Assembly: GCA_963810935.1 (NCBI GenBank)
Contig: CAWEPK010000012.1
Location: 1 to 64,000 of the forward strand
Length of the DNA stretch: 64,000 bases
Direction: 5' to 3'
Origin: an uncultured delta proteobacterium
GTDB lineage: Bacteria; Desulfobacterota; Syntrophorhabdia; Syntrophorhabdales; WCHB1-27
The notes beneath the pieces were generated by a model. That model was given only the letters and a program-made list of their open reading frames with translations. It was not told the origin of the DNA and did no database searches. Shown in pieces: positions 33,054 through 43,025 of the stretch. Within the stretch, counting starts at the first letter, position 1. Every line of letters starts with the position of its first letter. A program made the position numbers and the translations under genes.

Positions 33054-34179
33054 TTATCCTATCAGGCGGAGGACTTCTTCGGCCGCGACGGAGTATGGGT
33101 CGCGGCCCGGAACGACGAGACGATTTCGCAGGTCCTCCATCTCTTTCCGCAGGCCGTACGTGTCATTATTTATCATAGAAAGCACTGTTTTGGCAATCCC
33201 TTCGGCGTCTGAAGACTGGATGAACTCGGGGTATACCTCGTGTCCGGCTATTACGTTAGGCAGGCTGATATGCTTGACGCGGATGACCATACGGGCGATC
33301 AGGTAAGAGATCAGCGATACCCTGTAGATGACGACCGACGGAACGCCGAGCACGGCAGCCTCCAGCGTTGCGCTGCCGGACGCCACGATGGCCGCCGCCG
33401 CATAGGCAAGGCAATCGTGCGAAAGCCCCCTGACGGGGATTATGAACGGCCTTCCGGCCAGAAAAGGCGCAAAGACGGCGTCGTCAAGACTTTCCGCCAC
33501 GGGAAGGAGGACCTTGAGGCGGCCTGTCCCGGCCCGCAGGCGGTCTACGACGTCTCCCAGCAGGGGCAGGTGCCTGTTTATCTCGTTCTGCCTGCTCCCC
33601 GGCATCACGGTGACTACGGTGTCTCTTTCAGCGATGCCGAAACGCCCGAAGAACTCTTCTTTCGTAAGAAGGGGTTTCACTGTGTGCGGGAACGGATGGC
33701 CCACGTACCTGACGGGGATATCGAAGCTCCGGTAAAGCTCCTCCTCGAAGGGCAGGATGCAAAGGACAAGGTCGATCCGCTCTTTTATCTGCTTTATCCG
33801 GCCGCTCCTCCACGCCCACACCTGGGGTGGGATGAAATAGACCGTAGGGATGGAGAGCTTCCTGGCAAGCGCGGCTACCTTCAGGTTGAAGCCGGGGAAA
33901 TCGACCAGTACGAGGAGGTCGGGCTTGTTAGCGGCGAGGCGCCGCCTGATGGTGCGATAAGCCCTCAATATGTGGGGCGCCTTCCCGAAGACCTCGCTTA
34001 CGCCTGTGATTGAGATGTCACGGTAATCGTGGATGATCTCGACGCCCGCCTCGGCAAGCCGCCCGCTGCCTATGCCGCTCCAGGCGATATCGGCCGATTC
34101 ATTCATCGCCCGGACGAGTCTGTGCTGCGTGCATCTCCCCCGAAAGCTCGCCCGCCACGATTACGGCCGTCCTGCTCAA
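33054..34179 (-). CDS. lpxB: lipid-A-disaccharide synthase (frameshift near 34120)
   Basis: TTG 34179 gives MSRTAVIVAGELSGEMHAA, then after the shift DFPGFN, PQVWAWR, LPFE, VGHP, PGSR, SGSATLE, SLPN. Confidence 0.93.
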
Positions 34180-35123
34180 GGGCCTTTGCCCCCTGCATGC
34201 GGAAGGCTGCGCTCTATCTCGGCGCTTATATCGTTTGCCACGATCAGCGCGCGGAGCCCGTCCTCTCCGCTGACAACCGGCTCCGTCCCGTCTCTGACTG
34301 CCCGGACGAAGGCCCTAAGCTCGTCATTTACGGGGTCCGGCTTCGCCGCCCGCCATGTCTGCACTTTAGCTTTGCCGCCGCTGCGCCTTTCGGTAACGGT
34401 CATCTCCCCCGCCCCCAGGTCGAGCGAAAACCAGCGGCCTTCCTCGAGGACCCTGAAGACCCTTTCCCTCGCCATCGACACCCTGCTTGCATTCAGCGTC
34501 GCTACGCACCCGCCCGCGAACTCGATGCGGGCGTGGGCAACGTCGATCTTTTCCGTAAGAACGGGCGCCCCGCGGGCCGTCAGGCTCTTTATGTTGTCTT
34601 TTACCAGGGAAAGGACAAGGTCGATGTCATGGATCATCAGGTCGTGGACCACGTCTATATCCGTCGAGCGGCCCGTAAAGGGGCCGATGCGGTGGGCCTC
34701 TATGAGGAGCGGCTTTTTTATGACGGCCCTTGCCTTGCGGAACGGCGGGCTGAAACGCTCCAGGTGGCCTACCTGAAGCACGAGCCCCTTTTTGGCGGCA
34801 AGGTCGATCAGCTTCCTCGCCTCCGCAGGGTGGGCCGCAATCGGCTTCTCGATGAAGACGTGGACCCCGTTTTCCAGGAACTCCCTTGCGACCGCGTAAT
34901 GGGAATCGGTGGTCGATGCGATGACCGCTGCCTGCAGCCCATCCGCCAGGGCATTGCCGAAATGCTGGTCAGCGGCAACCCCGTGCTCTGCTGCGGCCGC
35001 CTCGGCAGCCGCCCTGTCCGCGTCCACAATGCACGAAAGTCTCACGTCCCTTATGGCGGCGAGCTTGCGGGCGTGGATCTTACCCATGTGGCCCGCCCCG
35101 ACAAGACATATCCTTAACGGCAT
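34176..35123 (-). CDS. gnnA: Gfo/Idh/MocA oxidoreductase, GnnA-like UDP-GlcNAc 3-dehydrogenase
   Basis: GAGHMG, IEKPI, VGHLERF, DLMIHDID; located between lpxA and lpxB. Confidence 0.7.
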   Translation of the reverse strand: MPLRICLVGAGHMGKIHARKLAAIRDVRLSCIVDADRAAAEAAAAEHGVAADQHFGNALADGLQAAVIASTTDSHYAVAREFLENGVHVFIEKPIAAHPAEARKLIDLAAKKGLVLQVGHLERFSPPFRKARAVIKKPLLIEAHRIGPFTGRSTDIDVVHDLMIHDIDLVLSLVKDNIKSLTARGAPVLTEKIDVAHARIEFAGGCVATLNASRVSMARERVFRVLEEGRWFSLDLGAGEMTVTERRSGGKAKVQTWRAAKPDPVNDELRAFVRAVRDGTEPVVSGEDGLRALIVANDISAEIERSLPHAGGKGP

Positions 35124-35878
35124 ATGCCCCTCTCGGAGGCGCGGATGAACGACACAAGCTCCTTTATGTGCTGCCCATCCAACTGTTTCTCGATAGTCTC
35201 AAGGGCTGCTTGCAGCGAAAGGGACGAGCGGAAAAGGAGGCGGTATGCCTTCTTCAGCGTCGCGATATCGTCTTTCGAGAAACCCCGCCTCTCCAGGCCG
35301 ACGACATTCAGCCCGTAAAGCGTAGCCCTGTTCCCTGCGGCCATAACGAAAGGAGGGACGTCCTTCGGCACGCCGGTGAGCCCGCTCACGAAGGCGTGCT
35401 TCCCTACTTTGCAGAATTGGTGGATTGCACAAAGACCCGAAAGTATGGCAAAGTCGTCAACGTGTACGTGGCCCGCCAGCGTCGCGCCGTTCGCCATGAT
35501 TACGCTGTTGCCGACAATGCAGTCGTGCGCGATGTGGCTGTACGCCATTATGAAATTGTTGCTTCCTACTACGGTCGCGCCGTCCCCTTTCGTGCCCCTG
35601 TTGATGGTCACGTATTCCCTGATGACGTTCTTATCCCCTACTGTGCAGGTCGTATTCTCATCTTTGTAGGTGATGTCCTGAGGAGGGCCGCCCAGGGAGA
35701 CGAAGGGATGGACCGTGCAGGAGCTTCCGAGCGTTGTCGCCCCCTGCACCGAAACATGGCTGATAAGTCTCGTGCCCGAACCTATCACGGCCTTTCCGCC
35801 GACAGTGCAGAAGGGGCCTATCTCCGCGTCGGCCGCTATTTGTGCTCCTTCTTCAACAATGGCCGTAGGGTGTATCAT
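35114..35878 (-). CDS. lpxA: UDP-N-acetylglucosamine acyltransferase
   Basis: IHPTAIV, hexapeptide repeats, PQD, IREYVTINRGT, HIAHDC, LAGHV, GLNVVGL. Confidence 0.96.
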   Translation of the reverse strand: MIHPTAIVEEGAQIAADAEIGPFCTVGGKAVIGSGTRLISHVSVQGATTLGSSCTVHPFVSLGGPPQDITYKDENTTCTVGDKNVIREYVTINRGTKGDGATVVGSNNFIMAYSHIAHDCIVGNSVIMANGATLAGHVHVDDFAILSGLCAIHQFCKVGKHAFVSGLTGVPKDVPPFVMAAGNRATLYGLNVVGLERRGFSKDDIATLKKAYRLLFRSSLSLQAALETIEKQLDGQHIKELVSFIRASERGICR

Positions 35879-36315
35879 AAACTCTCCTCATTCTGCTGGA
35901 GCACCGCCATAAGCTGCGCCTCAGCCACCTTCTTGTCGTCGACGAAGGCCTTCGCATCGAAAACCCACATTTCCCTTCTGTGCTTCACGACCTCCAGCAC
36001 AAGCTTCAACTGATCGCCGGGAATTACCGGCCGTCTGAACCTTGCCCCGTCGATGCCCACGAAGCGCACGTCGCCTTTCAGGTCGGGAAGCGACTTGAAG
36101 GCGAGGATGCCGCCTGTCTGCGCCAGGGCCTCGATAATGAGAACGCCCGGCATGATGGGCTTCCCCGGGAAATGGCCGGGAAAGAAAGGCTCGTTGAAGG
36201 TCACGTTCTTAAGACCCACGATCCGCTTTAACGGCTCGTATTCCGTGACACGGTCAACGAGAAGGAAGGGGAATGCGTGCGGCAGCAGCCTTTGTATCTC
36301 GTCGATCTCGATCAT
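35875..36315 (-). CDS. fabZ: 3-hydroxyacyl-ACP dehydratase
   Basis: LPHAFPFLLVD, KNVTFNEPFFPGHFP, MPGVLIIEALAQ. Confidence 0.96.
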   Translation of the reverse strand: MIEIDEIQRLLPHAFPFLLVDRVTEYEPLKRIVGLKNVTFNEPFFPGHFPGKPIMPGVLIIEALAQTGGILAFKSLPDLKGDVRFVGIDGARFRRPVIPGDQLKLVLEVVKHRREMWVFDAKAFVDDKKVAEAQLMAVLQQNEESL

Positions 36316-37340
36316 TCTTTATCGCCCTTGCGTACGATCTCTTCTAAACTGTGAATCCTCTCAAAAAGCTCCGGCAGCCGCTTCAGGGAGGCTTGCAGCC
36401 GCAGCCATTCGCGGTGCGGCAGATGGGGAGTGCCTGCGATTACGGATCCTGCCTTGACATCCTTCGTAATGCCCGTGCCGCCCGCAGCCATGACCCCGTC
36501 GCCTATCGTAACGTGGTCCCTCACCCCTACCTTGCCCCCAAGCACGACGTTTCTCCCCAGCGTGCTGCTCCCCGCTATCCCGACCTGGGACGCAAGGACC
36601 GAATGCTCCCCAATTAATACATTGTGCGCCACCATGACGAGGTTGTCTATCTTGGTCCCCTGCCCGATGGAGGTTTTGCCGAGTGAGCCCCTGTCTATGC
36701 AGGCATTGGCCCCTATCTCTACGTCGTCCCCGATTTCCAGCGTCCCGAGCTGGGGTATCTTTTTGTGGCGGCTTCCATCCCATACATAGCCGAAGCCGTC
36801 CGAGCCGAGGACCGCCCCCGCGTGGATCGTGACCCGTTTCCCTATGCGCGTCCCCGCGTAAACCGTTACGTTGGGGTAGATGACGGTGCCCGCCCCCACC
36901 TTTACACCCGCCCCGATGAAGCAGAACGGGTGGATGACGGCGTCTTCCTCTACGACTGCGCCGCTCTCTATGCACGCGTAGGGAAGGACCGCGGCCTGCA
37001 CGGAGATGACAGCGCCTGCGGCCACACGGGCATCCGGGCTGATGCCTCGCGGCACATCGCGCCGCTTCTCGAAAATAGCGGCGGCTTCCGCGTAAGCAAC
37101 TCCGGGGTTATCGACGAAGACCGCGTTCTTCCCGGTGAAGAGGGCGGGGTCGGTCCCCTTCCCCGCCACGATGGCCGTCGCTTCCGACGCCTCCACGAAT
37201 TTTTCGAAACCCTTGTTCAGCAGGAAGGCGACGTCTCCCTTGCGCGCCTCTTTTATAGCGGCTATGCCGGTAATGCCGGCTTCGCCGTCTCCGGCGAGGA
37301 TGCCCCCTATCTTCGCCGCTATCTCCCCAAGCCTAATCAT
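36312..37340 (-). CDS. lpxD: UDP-3-O-acylglucosamine N-acyltransferase
   Basis: GSDGFGY, KIPQLG, EIGANACIDRG, KIDNLVMVAHNV. Start ATG 37340. Confidence 0.95.
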   Translation of the reverse strand: MIRLGEIAAKIGGILAGDGEAGITGIAAIKEARKGDVAFLLNKGFEKFVEASEATAIVAGKGTDPALFTGKNAVFVDNPGVAYAEAAAIFEKRRDVPRGISPDARVAAGAVISVQAAVLPYACIESGAVVEEDAVIHPFCFIGAGVKVGAGTVIYPNVTVYAGTRIGKRVTIHAGAVLGSDGFGYVWDGSRHKKIPQLGTLEIGDDVEIGANACIDRGSLGKTSIGQGTKIDNLVMVAHNVLIGEHSVLASQVGIAGSSTLGRNVVLGGKVGVRDHVTIGDGVMAAGGTGITKDVKAGSVIAGTPHLPHREWLRLQASLKRLPELFERIHSLEEIVRKGDKE

Positions 37341-37951
37341 CTTTTGACAGGACCGGGGACCATTGAGGGCACCGGCGCGCGCGAAGCAGGCGTCTGCGCG
37401 GCCGGGGTCCCAGCCGGTCTCTTCTTGGCCCATTCATTATAAGCCGCGATCACCTTATCGGTAATATCAGAGGATTGCGCCGCGAAGAGTATGCCGCCCT
37501 GGCTCTTCTCCAATATCAGGGTATACTGTTCGGTAGTGCCCATCCCCTTTATGACCTCTTCGAGCTCCCTCAGAATCTTCTGGATGTACTCCTGGTCCTT
37601 CTGCTGCAGCTCGGACTGAAAGTCGTTAGTGATCCTCTGGTAGTCTTTGAGCTTAATCTGGTACTGTTTCTCTTTTTCCGCCCTGGCCTCCTGCGTTATC
37701 ATGGCCGACTGCTTTTCCAGGGAGTCCTTCATTTTCTGAAGCTCGTCCTGCCTTTGGCTGACTTCTTTCTTGCGCTTCTCCAGCTCATCGGCAAGCAGCT
37801 TCCGCGCTTCCTTGCCCTTCTCGGACTCTACCATTACCTTCTGCAGGTCTACGTATCCTATCCTGATCGCAGGCGTCTGCGCCTGAGCATGTCCCGCTAA
37901 AGGCGCAAGGACCAAAGCAAGCAAAGCCAACGAAACCGCACATACTCTCAT
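37337..37951 (-). CDS. skp: periplasmic chaperone Skp/OmpH
   Basis: Signal peptide, IGYVDLQKV, coiled coil, DITDKVI; between bamA and lpxD. Confidence 0.92.
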   Translation of the reverse strand: MRVCAVSLALLALVLAPLAGHAQAQTPAIRIGYVDLQKVMVESEKGKEARKLLADELEKRKKEVSQRQDELQKMKDSLEKQSAMITQEARAEKEKQYQIKLKDYQRITNDFQSELQQKDQEYIQKILRELEEVIKGMGTTEQYTLILEKSQGGILFAAQSSDITDKVIAAYNEWAKKRPAGTPAAQTPASRAPVPSMVPGPVKR

Positions 37952-37959
37952 AATTCCTC

Positions 37960-40206
37960 CTAAAATGGTCTGCCCATCGAAAAGTCGAAGACGTTGCTCT
38001 TCTCGCCCGGCTTCTTGTCCAGGTTGAAGCCCATCTCTACAGTAATGGGGCCCATGGGCGAGAACCACCGTATACCTATACCTGATGCCGGGCGCAATGA
38101 TTCAAAGAAATTGTTGCTGTTAAACCCTTTGCCGTAGTCAAAAAAGAGAAAACCCTTCAGACCCGCTGGCTTGTATATATTGAAAATCCACTCCGCGTTG
38201 AAATAAAGTTCGTTAAGCGAGCCTATGACATCGCCGGTCGTCGGGTCCAGCGGCCCGGCCGCGCCGTACTGGAAGCCCCTGACCGTCTGTATGCCGCCGA
38301 CGAAGAACCTTTCGTAAACGGGGACTATACTCCCCCCATAGCCCGTGAGATTCCCGGCCGTGCCCCTGAGGAAGAACGACGTGCCCCACTTGAAAGGAAA
38401 ATATTGTCCGTATGATACGACCGATTTGTAGAACTTGTTCTCGCCGCCCAGCAGGGTCGTTGCGTACTCGAACATTGCGGTGGCCACGGAACCCCTGCTG
38501 GGGTTCATTATGTCATCGATCGTATTCCTTACCAGGGAGACGTTCACGGCGCTCGTCGAGCTCGATCCCGCCTGGTCCTGGATGAACGTGCCTGCGTCGG
38601 ATTCTATGTTGTAAACTTTTATCGACTGGTACCTGTAGCCCAGGGAACCCCTGACGAACTCGCTCAGCGGACGGGAGACGCTGACGCCGCCGCCCGACCC
38701 TTTATAGTCATACGTACTGAAGATCCTTTGCGTATTGAAGATGTTATAACTGGTCGAAAAGTCCCGGTCGAAAGTATAGGGCTGGATAAAGCTCAGGTTG
38801 TAAAGGTGCGCTATTGAGCTGAGCGAGGCGGTCAGGAAGGCCGCGTTGCCCGTGCCCAGGATGTTCTGCTGGCTTATACTGCCGCTAAGTAACGCCTTTT
38901 CATACGTGCTGTAGCCGACGCCGAGGGAGATGGTCCCCGTCGGCTTCTCTTCGACAATAACGTCCAGGTTGATCCTGTCGGGGTCGTCCGTTTTGATCGT
39001 CTTCAGCTCTTCCGACTTGAAGAAGGTGCTGTTTCGGAGCCTCCTTTTGGTCCATTTCATCTTAGTCGATGAGTAAAGGTCGCCCTCGCCGAACCGGATC
39101 TCCCGCCTTATGACGTTCTCCTTCGTCTTTTCGTTGCCCATGATGTTGATGCGGTTGAAATAGACCTCGGAGCCCTTGGCTATATCGAACGTAAGGTTGA
39201 TCGTGGTGGTCTTGTCGTCAATCTCCGTCATGGGTGCGACATCGACGAAGGCATAGCCTTTGTCCTGGTACATGTCCGTCAGCATGTTGACGTCTTCATG
39301 AAAAAAGGTGGACCGGAACGTACTGTCCACTTTGCTTTTCAGCTTCTTCCTGACGATAGCGTCGTCGAAAATAAGATCGCCCTTTAAGCCGACGCTTGCG
39401 ATCTTGTAGAGTTTCCCTTCCACTAGTGATATCGCTATGGCGATCGACTGCCCGTCCGGCGAAACGGTTACTACCGGCCGGTCCACCTTAACCCTGACGT
39501 AGCCGTAATCGTGGTACAAGGCCTCAATATTCTTCCTGTCTTCCTCGAGCACCTCTTCGTCGAGTATGCCCGACCCCGTAAACCACGAGAGCCACCCCTT
39601 CTCAGCCGTCCGCATGATCCCTGTGATGGCGCTCTTCTTGAGGTGCTTGTTGCCCGTGATCGTTACCTTGCGCACGTAAGCCCTGGCCGGTTCTTCTATG
39701 ACGAACCGCACTTCCGCCTTGTAGCCCTTCTCCGTATCGATCTCGGAGCCGACCTTGATAGCGTAATAGCCCTTCCCCAGGTATAATTTCTTGATCTCCT
39801 CAACGCTTTCCTTAACCTTCTCGATGTTGAGGACAGCCCCGGATTTTATCTTCAGCTTATCCCGTATATCCGGGGTCTTCACCTTCTTGTTCCCCGCTAT
39901 GAAGATCGCGCTGATAGGGGGCCTCTCCACGACTACGAACGTCAGGACCTTTCCCCTATCGGTATCTTTGACGTCCACCATAACGTCGCTGAAGAAACCC
40001 GTTTTGTATATATTCTTGAGGTCTTCTCCGGCCTTGGCGGCGTCGTAGACCTCTCCCTCTTTGGTTTTAACAGCGTTCAGGACCACTCCCCTGTCGATCC
40101 TCTCGTTTCCTATTACCTCAACCTTTGCGACCTTCTCATTCTCCGCTGCCAAAAGCAGGCTGGAAGAGATGCAGCAAAACACGAGGAAAAAAAGCAGTAT
40201 TCTCAT
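37960..40206 (-). CDS. bamA: outer membrane protein assembly factor BamA/YaeT (unrelated to the benzoyl-CoA bam genes)
   Basis: Five POTRA repeats, VRGF, WFSPMGP, C-terminal Phe. Confidence 0.96.
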   Translation of the reverse strand: MRILLFFLVFCCISSSLLLAAENEKVAKVEVIGNERIDRGVVLNAVKTKEGEVYDAAKAGEDLKNIYKTGFFSDVMVDVKDTDRGKVLTFVVVERPPISAIFIAGNKKVKTPDIRDKLKIKSGAVLNIEKVKESVEEIKKLYLGKGYYAIKVGSEIDTEKGYKAEVRFVIEEPARAYVRKVTITGNKHLKKSAITGIMRTAEKGWLSWFTGSGILDEEVLEEDRKNIEALYHDYGYVRVKVDRPVVTVSPDGQSIAIAISLVEGKLYKIASVGLKGDLIFDDAIVRKKLKSKVDSTFRSTFFHEDVNMLTDMYQDKGYAFVDVAPMTEIDDKTTTINLTFDIAKGSEVYFNRINIMGNEKTKENVIRREIRFGEGDLYSSTKMKWTKRRLRNSTFFKSEELKTIKTDDPDRINLDVIVEEKPTGTISLGVGYSTYEKALLSGSISQQNILGTGNAAFLTASLSSIAHLYNLSFIQPYTFDRDFSTSYNIFNTQRIFSTYDYKGSGGGVSVSRPLSEFVRGSLGYRYQSIKVYNIESDAGTFIQDQAGSSSTSAVNVSLVRNTIDDIMNPSRGSVATAMFEYATTLLGGENKFYKSVVSYGQYFPFKWGTSFFLRGTAGNLTGYGGSIVPVYERFFVGGIQTVRGFQYGAAGPLDPTTGDVIGSLNELYFNAEWIFNIYKPAGLKGFLFFDYGKGFNSNNFFESLRPASGIGIRWFSPMGPITVEMGFNLDKKPGEKSNVFDFSMGRPF

Positions 40207-40488
40207 TCAGATAGGAAAACTAACAAATAAAGGGGGAATTGTAAAGGTAAAAAGGTCACGTTCTATCAATACGGGCAAGGCGCGCCCGCTTCTCCTTTTT
40301 TGGCCATGAAACCGGCCGGGTAATTGCATTGCTGGTTTCAGCCGAATATAACTCTGGCGACCAGTAGTACTACCATTCATCCGCCTGCGTTTCAAGCAAA
40401 ATGCGACCGGCGCCGCTTGCACGGCCGTGGAAGCGCCATTAAAGTTACAAAAAAGGACGAATCTATCGCCGGACGGAGGGAGGGACCG

Positions 40489-40923
40489 ATGACAAACGTT
40501 AAGGAACTCCAGGAGCAGATCGTATCAGGGATGAAACGGTGGGAGAAAATCGAGGATACTGCCCTCGCCTCCGCCTCGAAAATCATCGAAAAGAGCGATA
40601 ATCCTTTTATCCGCCTCGTTATGGAGATTATCCGCCATGACACCGAGATGCACCGCACGGTGCAGGAATGGGTGGCCCGGAGCATCGCAGACGGCGCGGC
40701 CGAGCTGAGCTACGATGACATGGCCCGGGTATGGGAGCACGTCGAGCGGCACATGGAAATGGAGCGGCAGATGACGGCCATGGTCGATGAGATGCTCTCG
40801 ACGGTCGCCGGCAAGCGGATGGTCATGCAGGAGTATCTCCTCAACTTCCTGCTCGAAGACGAAGCCAAGCACGCCCATCTACTGGAACGCCTGGAAAAGA
40901 TAAAGCTGGGCCTCTTGCCCTGA
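40489..40923 (+). CDS. ferritin-like/rubrerythrin-like four-helix protein
   Basis: Two repeats ending in DTEMH and DEAKH with upstream Glu residues; GGAGG SD before ATG 40489. Confidence 0.65.
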   Translation: MTNVKELQEQIVSGMKRWEKIEDTALASASKIIEKSDNPFIRLVMEIIRHDTEMHRTVQEWVARSIADGAAELSYDDMARVWEHVERHMEMERQMTAMVDEMLSTVAGKRMVMQEYLLNFLLEDEAKHAHLLERLEKIKLGLLP

Positions 40924-40975
40924 TCCGCTTCATACTTATTTCGTTCCGAGAGAGGTAACAAGTGAAGAAAAGCAG

Positions 40976-41047
40976 AGCCGACGCGGGGATTTGAACCCCG
41001 GACCTGCTGATTACGAATCAGCTGCTCTACCACTGAGCTACGTCGGC
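40976..41047 (-). tRNA. tRNA-Thr(CGT)
   Basis: GCCGACG acceptor stem, anticodon arm GCTGA-TT-CGT-AA-TCAGC, GTTCAAATC T loop; CCA not encoded. Confidence 0.95.
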
Positions 41048-41183
41048 GCGGTAGGTTAATTATATAGCATAGACGGCCCTTTTCAAGCAACATTGTTTTT
41101 GCCCCGCTTCTTTGCGTCCTCAGGTCGAGAATAAAAGGCATGCTTCGGAAGTCCGGTGACGAACAGGGACGCCGACCCCGGCG

Positions 41184-41681
41184 TTATCTCTGCGGAGGCG
41201 GCGGAGGGGGCGGAGGCGGTCCGACCGTGGGATAACTTTGGGCCATCACGCCCGGCACCTGGTTCCCCTTCGCGTACATGCACTGCGTGTAAGCGTTATC
41301 GTATTGCCTCTGGAGCGCAGACGTGACCGACTGTGACCGGTTGCCGCCGACGGCCGCACCCCCGACAAGTCCGGTAGCCCCGCCGATGGCCGCGCCGGCG
41401 CCCACGTTCCCGGTGGCTGCGCCTATGCCTGCGCCGAGGCCCGCGCCAAGGAGGGTCCCCACAATTGCGCTGCCGACCCCGGCCCTGTTGCCTGCTTCAC
41501 TGGGCGATTCCTTGGCCTGCTGGGTTGCCCACTGGCGGCAGACGGCGTCGTCGGCCTGGAAGACGTCGAAGGGCTTGCCCTGGCCGGGCATGACCATAAC
41601 GCTTGGGCCGGTAGGGACGGTCGTGCAGGCACCGAGCACAGCAGCGGCCATCAGCAACGCGAATACCCGCATCGGGATCAT
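41184..41681 (-). CDS. glycine-zipper lipoprotein
   Basis: Lipobox VLGAC, GxxxG repeats, D..VC / YTQCM Cys pair, Pro-rich tail. Confidence 0.85.
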   Translation of the reverse strand: MIPMRVFALLMAAAVLGACTTVPTGPSVMVMPGQGKPFDVFQADDAVCRQWATQQAKESPSEAGNRAGVGSAIVGTLLGAGLGAGIGAATGNVGAGAAIGGATGLVGGAAVGGNRSQSVTSALQRQYDNAYTQCMYAKGNQVPGVMAQSYPTVGPPPPPPPPPQR

Positions 41682-41821
41682 CTCCTCACCTCCCTGTTAT
41701 TCGAGTGCTTTTCTAGAACATAAGGCCGGTGTTCAGGTCACGTCAATCGGATATCGTCGCTGCCGGACTCGCACCGCCCGTATCCTTGCAGAAGGAATAG
41801 ATCGTTGACATAATATTCAGC

Positions 41822-43006
41822 GTGGACCGACAGACTCGTTCCCGGCATTTTTCGTCGATATGGCGCTGCTTATTGTTCGGGCTGCTGCTCATAGTTGCAT
41901 CTACGCCCGCTCGCGCCGCCACTCTCGCGGATATCCCCGGCCCCGTTAGCGACGCTGCAATGCGTCTCGTGCGATATTGCAGCGATTTCAAGGCCGGTCT
42001 CGATGAACAGGCGGTTGCTACCCTGGTCGATTTCGTCCTGACGTCAAAGGACGGCAGTGAATACGCCCTCCCGAAATCGAATGAGTGCGTCGGGGCCTAC
42101 TATGATTTTCATACACAGACCGCCTTTCCCCGGTTGGTGGAGTATACCTATAGCTCATCCGTTCCGGCGGTCATTGCAAGACCATCGTCCCTGCGCTACT
42201 CCATATGGACGAATCCCGGAAACGACATGCAAAGGATGCCTCGAAAATGGAGCGCGATTCCGCCTAAAGGGGCTCCAGTCGTTATCCGCGGCAGGCAGCA
42301 CGAATCGAACACCCCTGACCTGAACACCGGCGTTTATTATGACTACGAGCTGGAAAGCACCCTTATTCTCCTTAACCACGACGGCCGGCAGGTGTTCATC
42401 TCCATATCGAAGCAGGTCGACAAATCAAGCGTCGGAAAAAAAGGGGTCATTCTGGGGAACGATAATGACTGGACCTACTTCTATTCGAATGAGCCGGGTA
42501 CCATGAAAAGCGGACTTGGGTGGGCAAAATCCTACATCTACGATTATTTTTCGGTTGTCGTTTATGTCGAATCGGACGGCTCGCCCGCAATGGTCAGTAC
42601 TGCAATGTTTCAATGGCTTCGAGCCGGCTGGATGGGTATCAACTTTGTCAAACCGGGTGATATACTGGGAGGCCTGAAACGATTCGCCACTAGTTTCAAG
42701 ACGGTCCTTGAGTCGCCGCGCCTTCCTGCCCCGAGTCAGCTCGCATCGGTCTATCGGTCGCTTTCAAACATGCCCGCATCTGATTTGACCCGTGAATATG
42801 CCGCACTACAGCAGGCGGTACGGTCCCTGGCTGTAGAGACCGGTAAAATAAGCGAATCCGGGGCTGACAAGAACCGATCCCGTGTTTACACATCAAGAAA
42901 GCAGATGGTGCAAGAGCTTATGCTCGAATACCTGAAAACAGCCCTGGGAAAACCAACACCCCTCGAAAAACGGTTCTTCCAGTCTTCAGCCGCGACATCA
43001 CAATAA
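41822..43006 (+). CDS. exported hypothetical protein
   Basis: 394-aa ORF with a Sec-type signal peptide (LLLIVASTPARA); no family recognised. Confidence 0.7.
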   Translation: MDRQTRSRHFSSIWRCLLFGLLLIVASTPARAATLADIPGPVSDAAMRLVRYCSDFKAGLDEQAVATLVDFVLTSKDGSEYALPKSNECVGAYYDFHTQTAFPRLVEYTYSSSVPAVIARPSSLRYSIWTNPGNDMQRMPRKWSAIPPKGAPVVIRGRQHESNTPDLNTGVYYDYELESTLILLNHDGRQVFISISKQVDKSSVGKKGVILGNDNDWTYFYSNEPGTMKSGLGWAKSYIYDYFSVVVYVESDGSPAMVSTAMFQWLRAGWMGINFVKPGDILGGLKRFATSFKTVLESPRLPAPSQLASVYRSLSNMPASDLTREYAALQQAVRSLAVETGKISESGADKNRSRVYTSRKQMVQELMLEYLKTALGKPTPLEKRFFQSSAATSQ

Positions 43007-43025
43007 GACCCGGCCGCATATAAAC

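Noticed and set aside
37960..40206. bamA as part of the benzoyl-CoA bam pathway
   Set aside because: Name collision only. This is the POTRA/beta-barrel outer membrane assembly factor.
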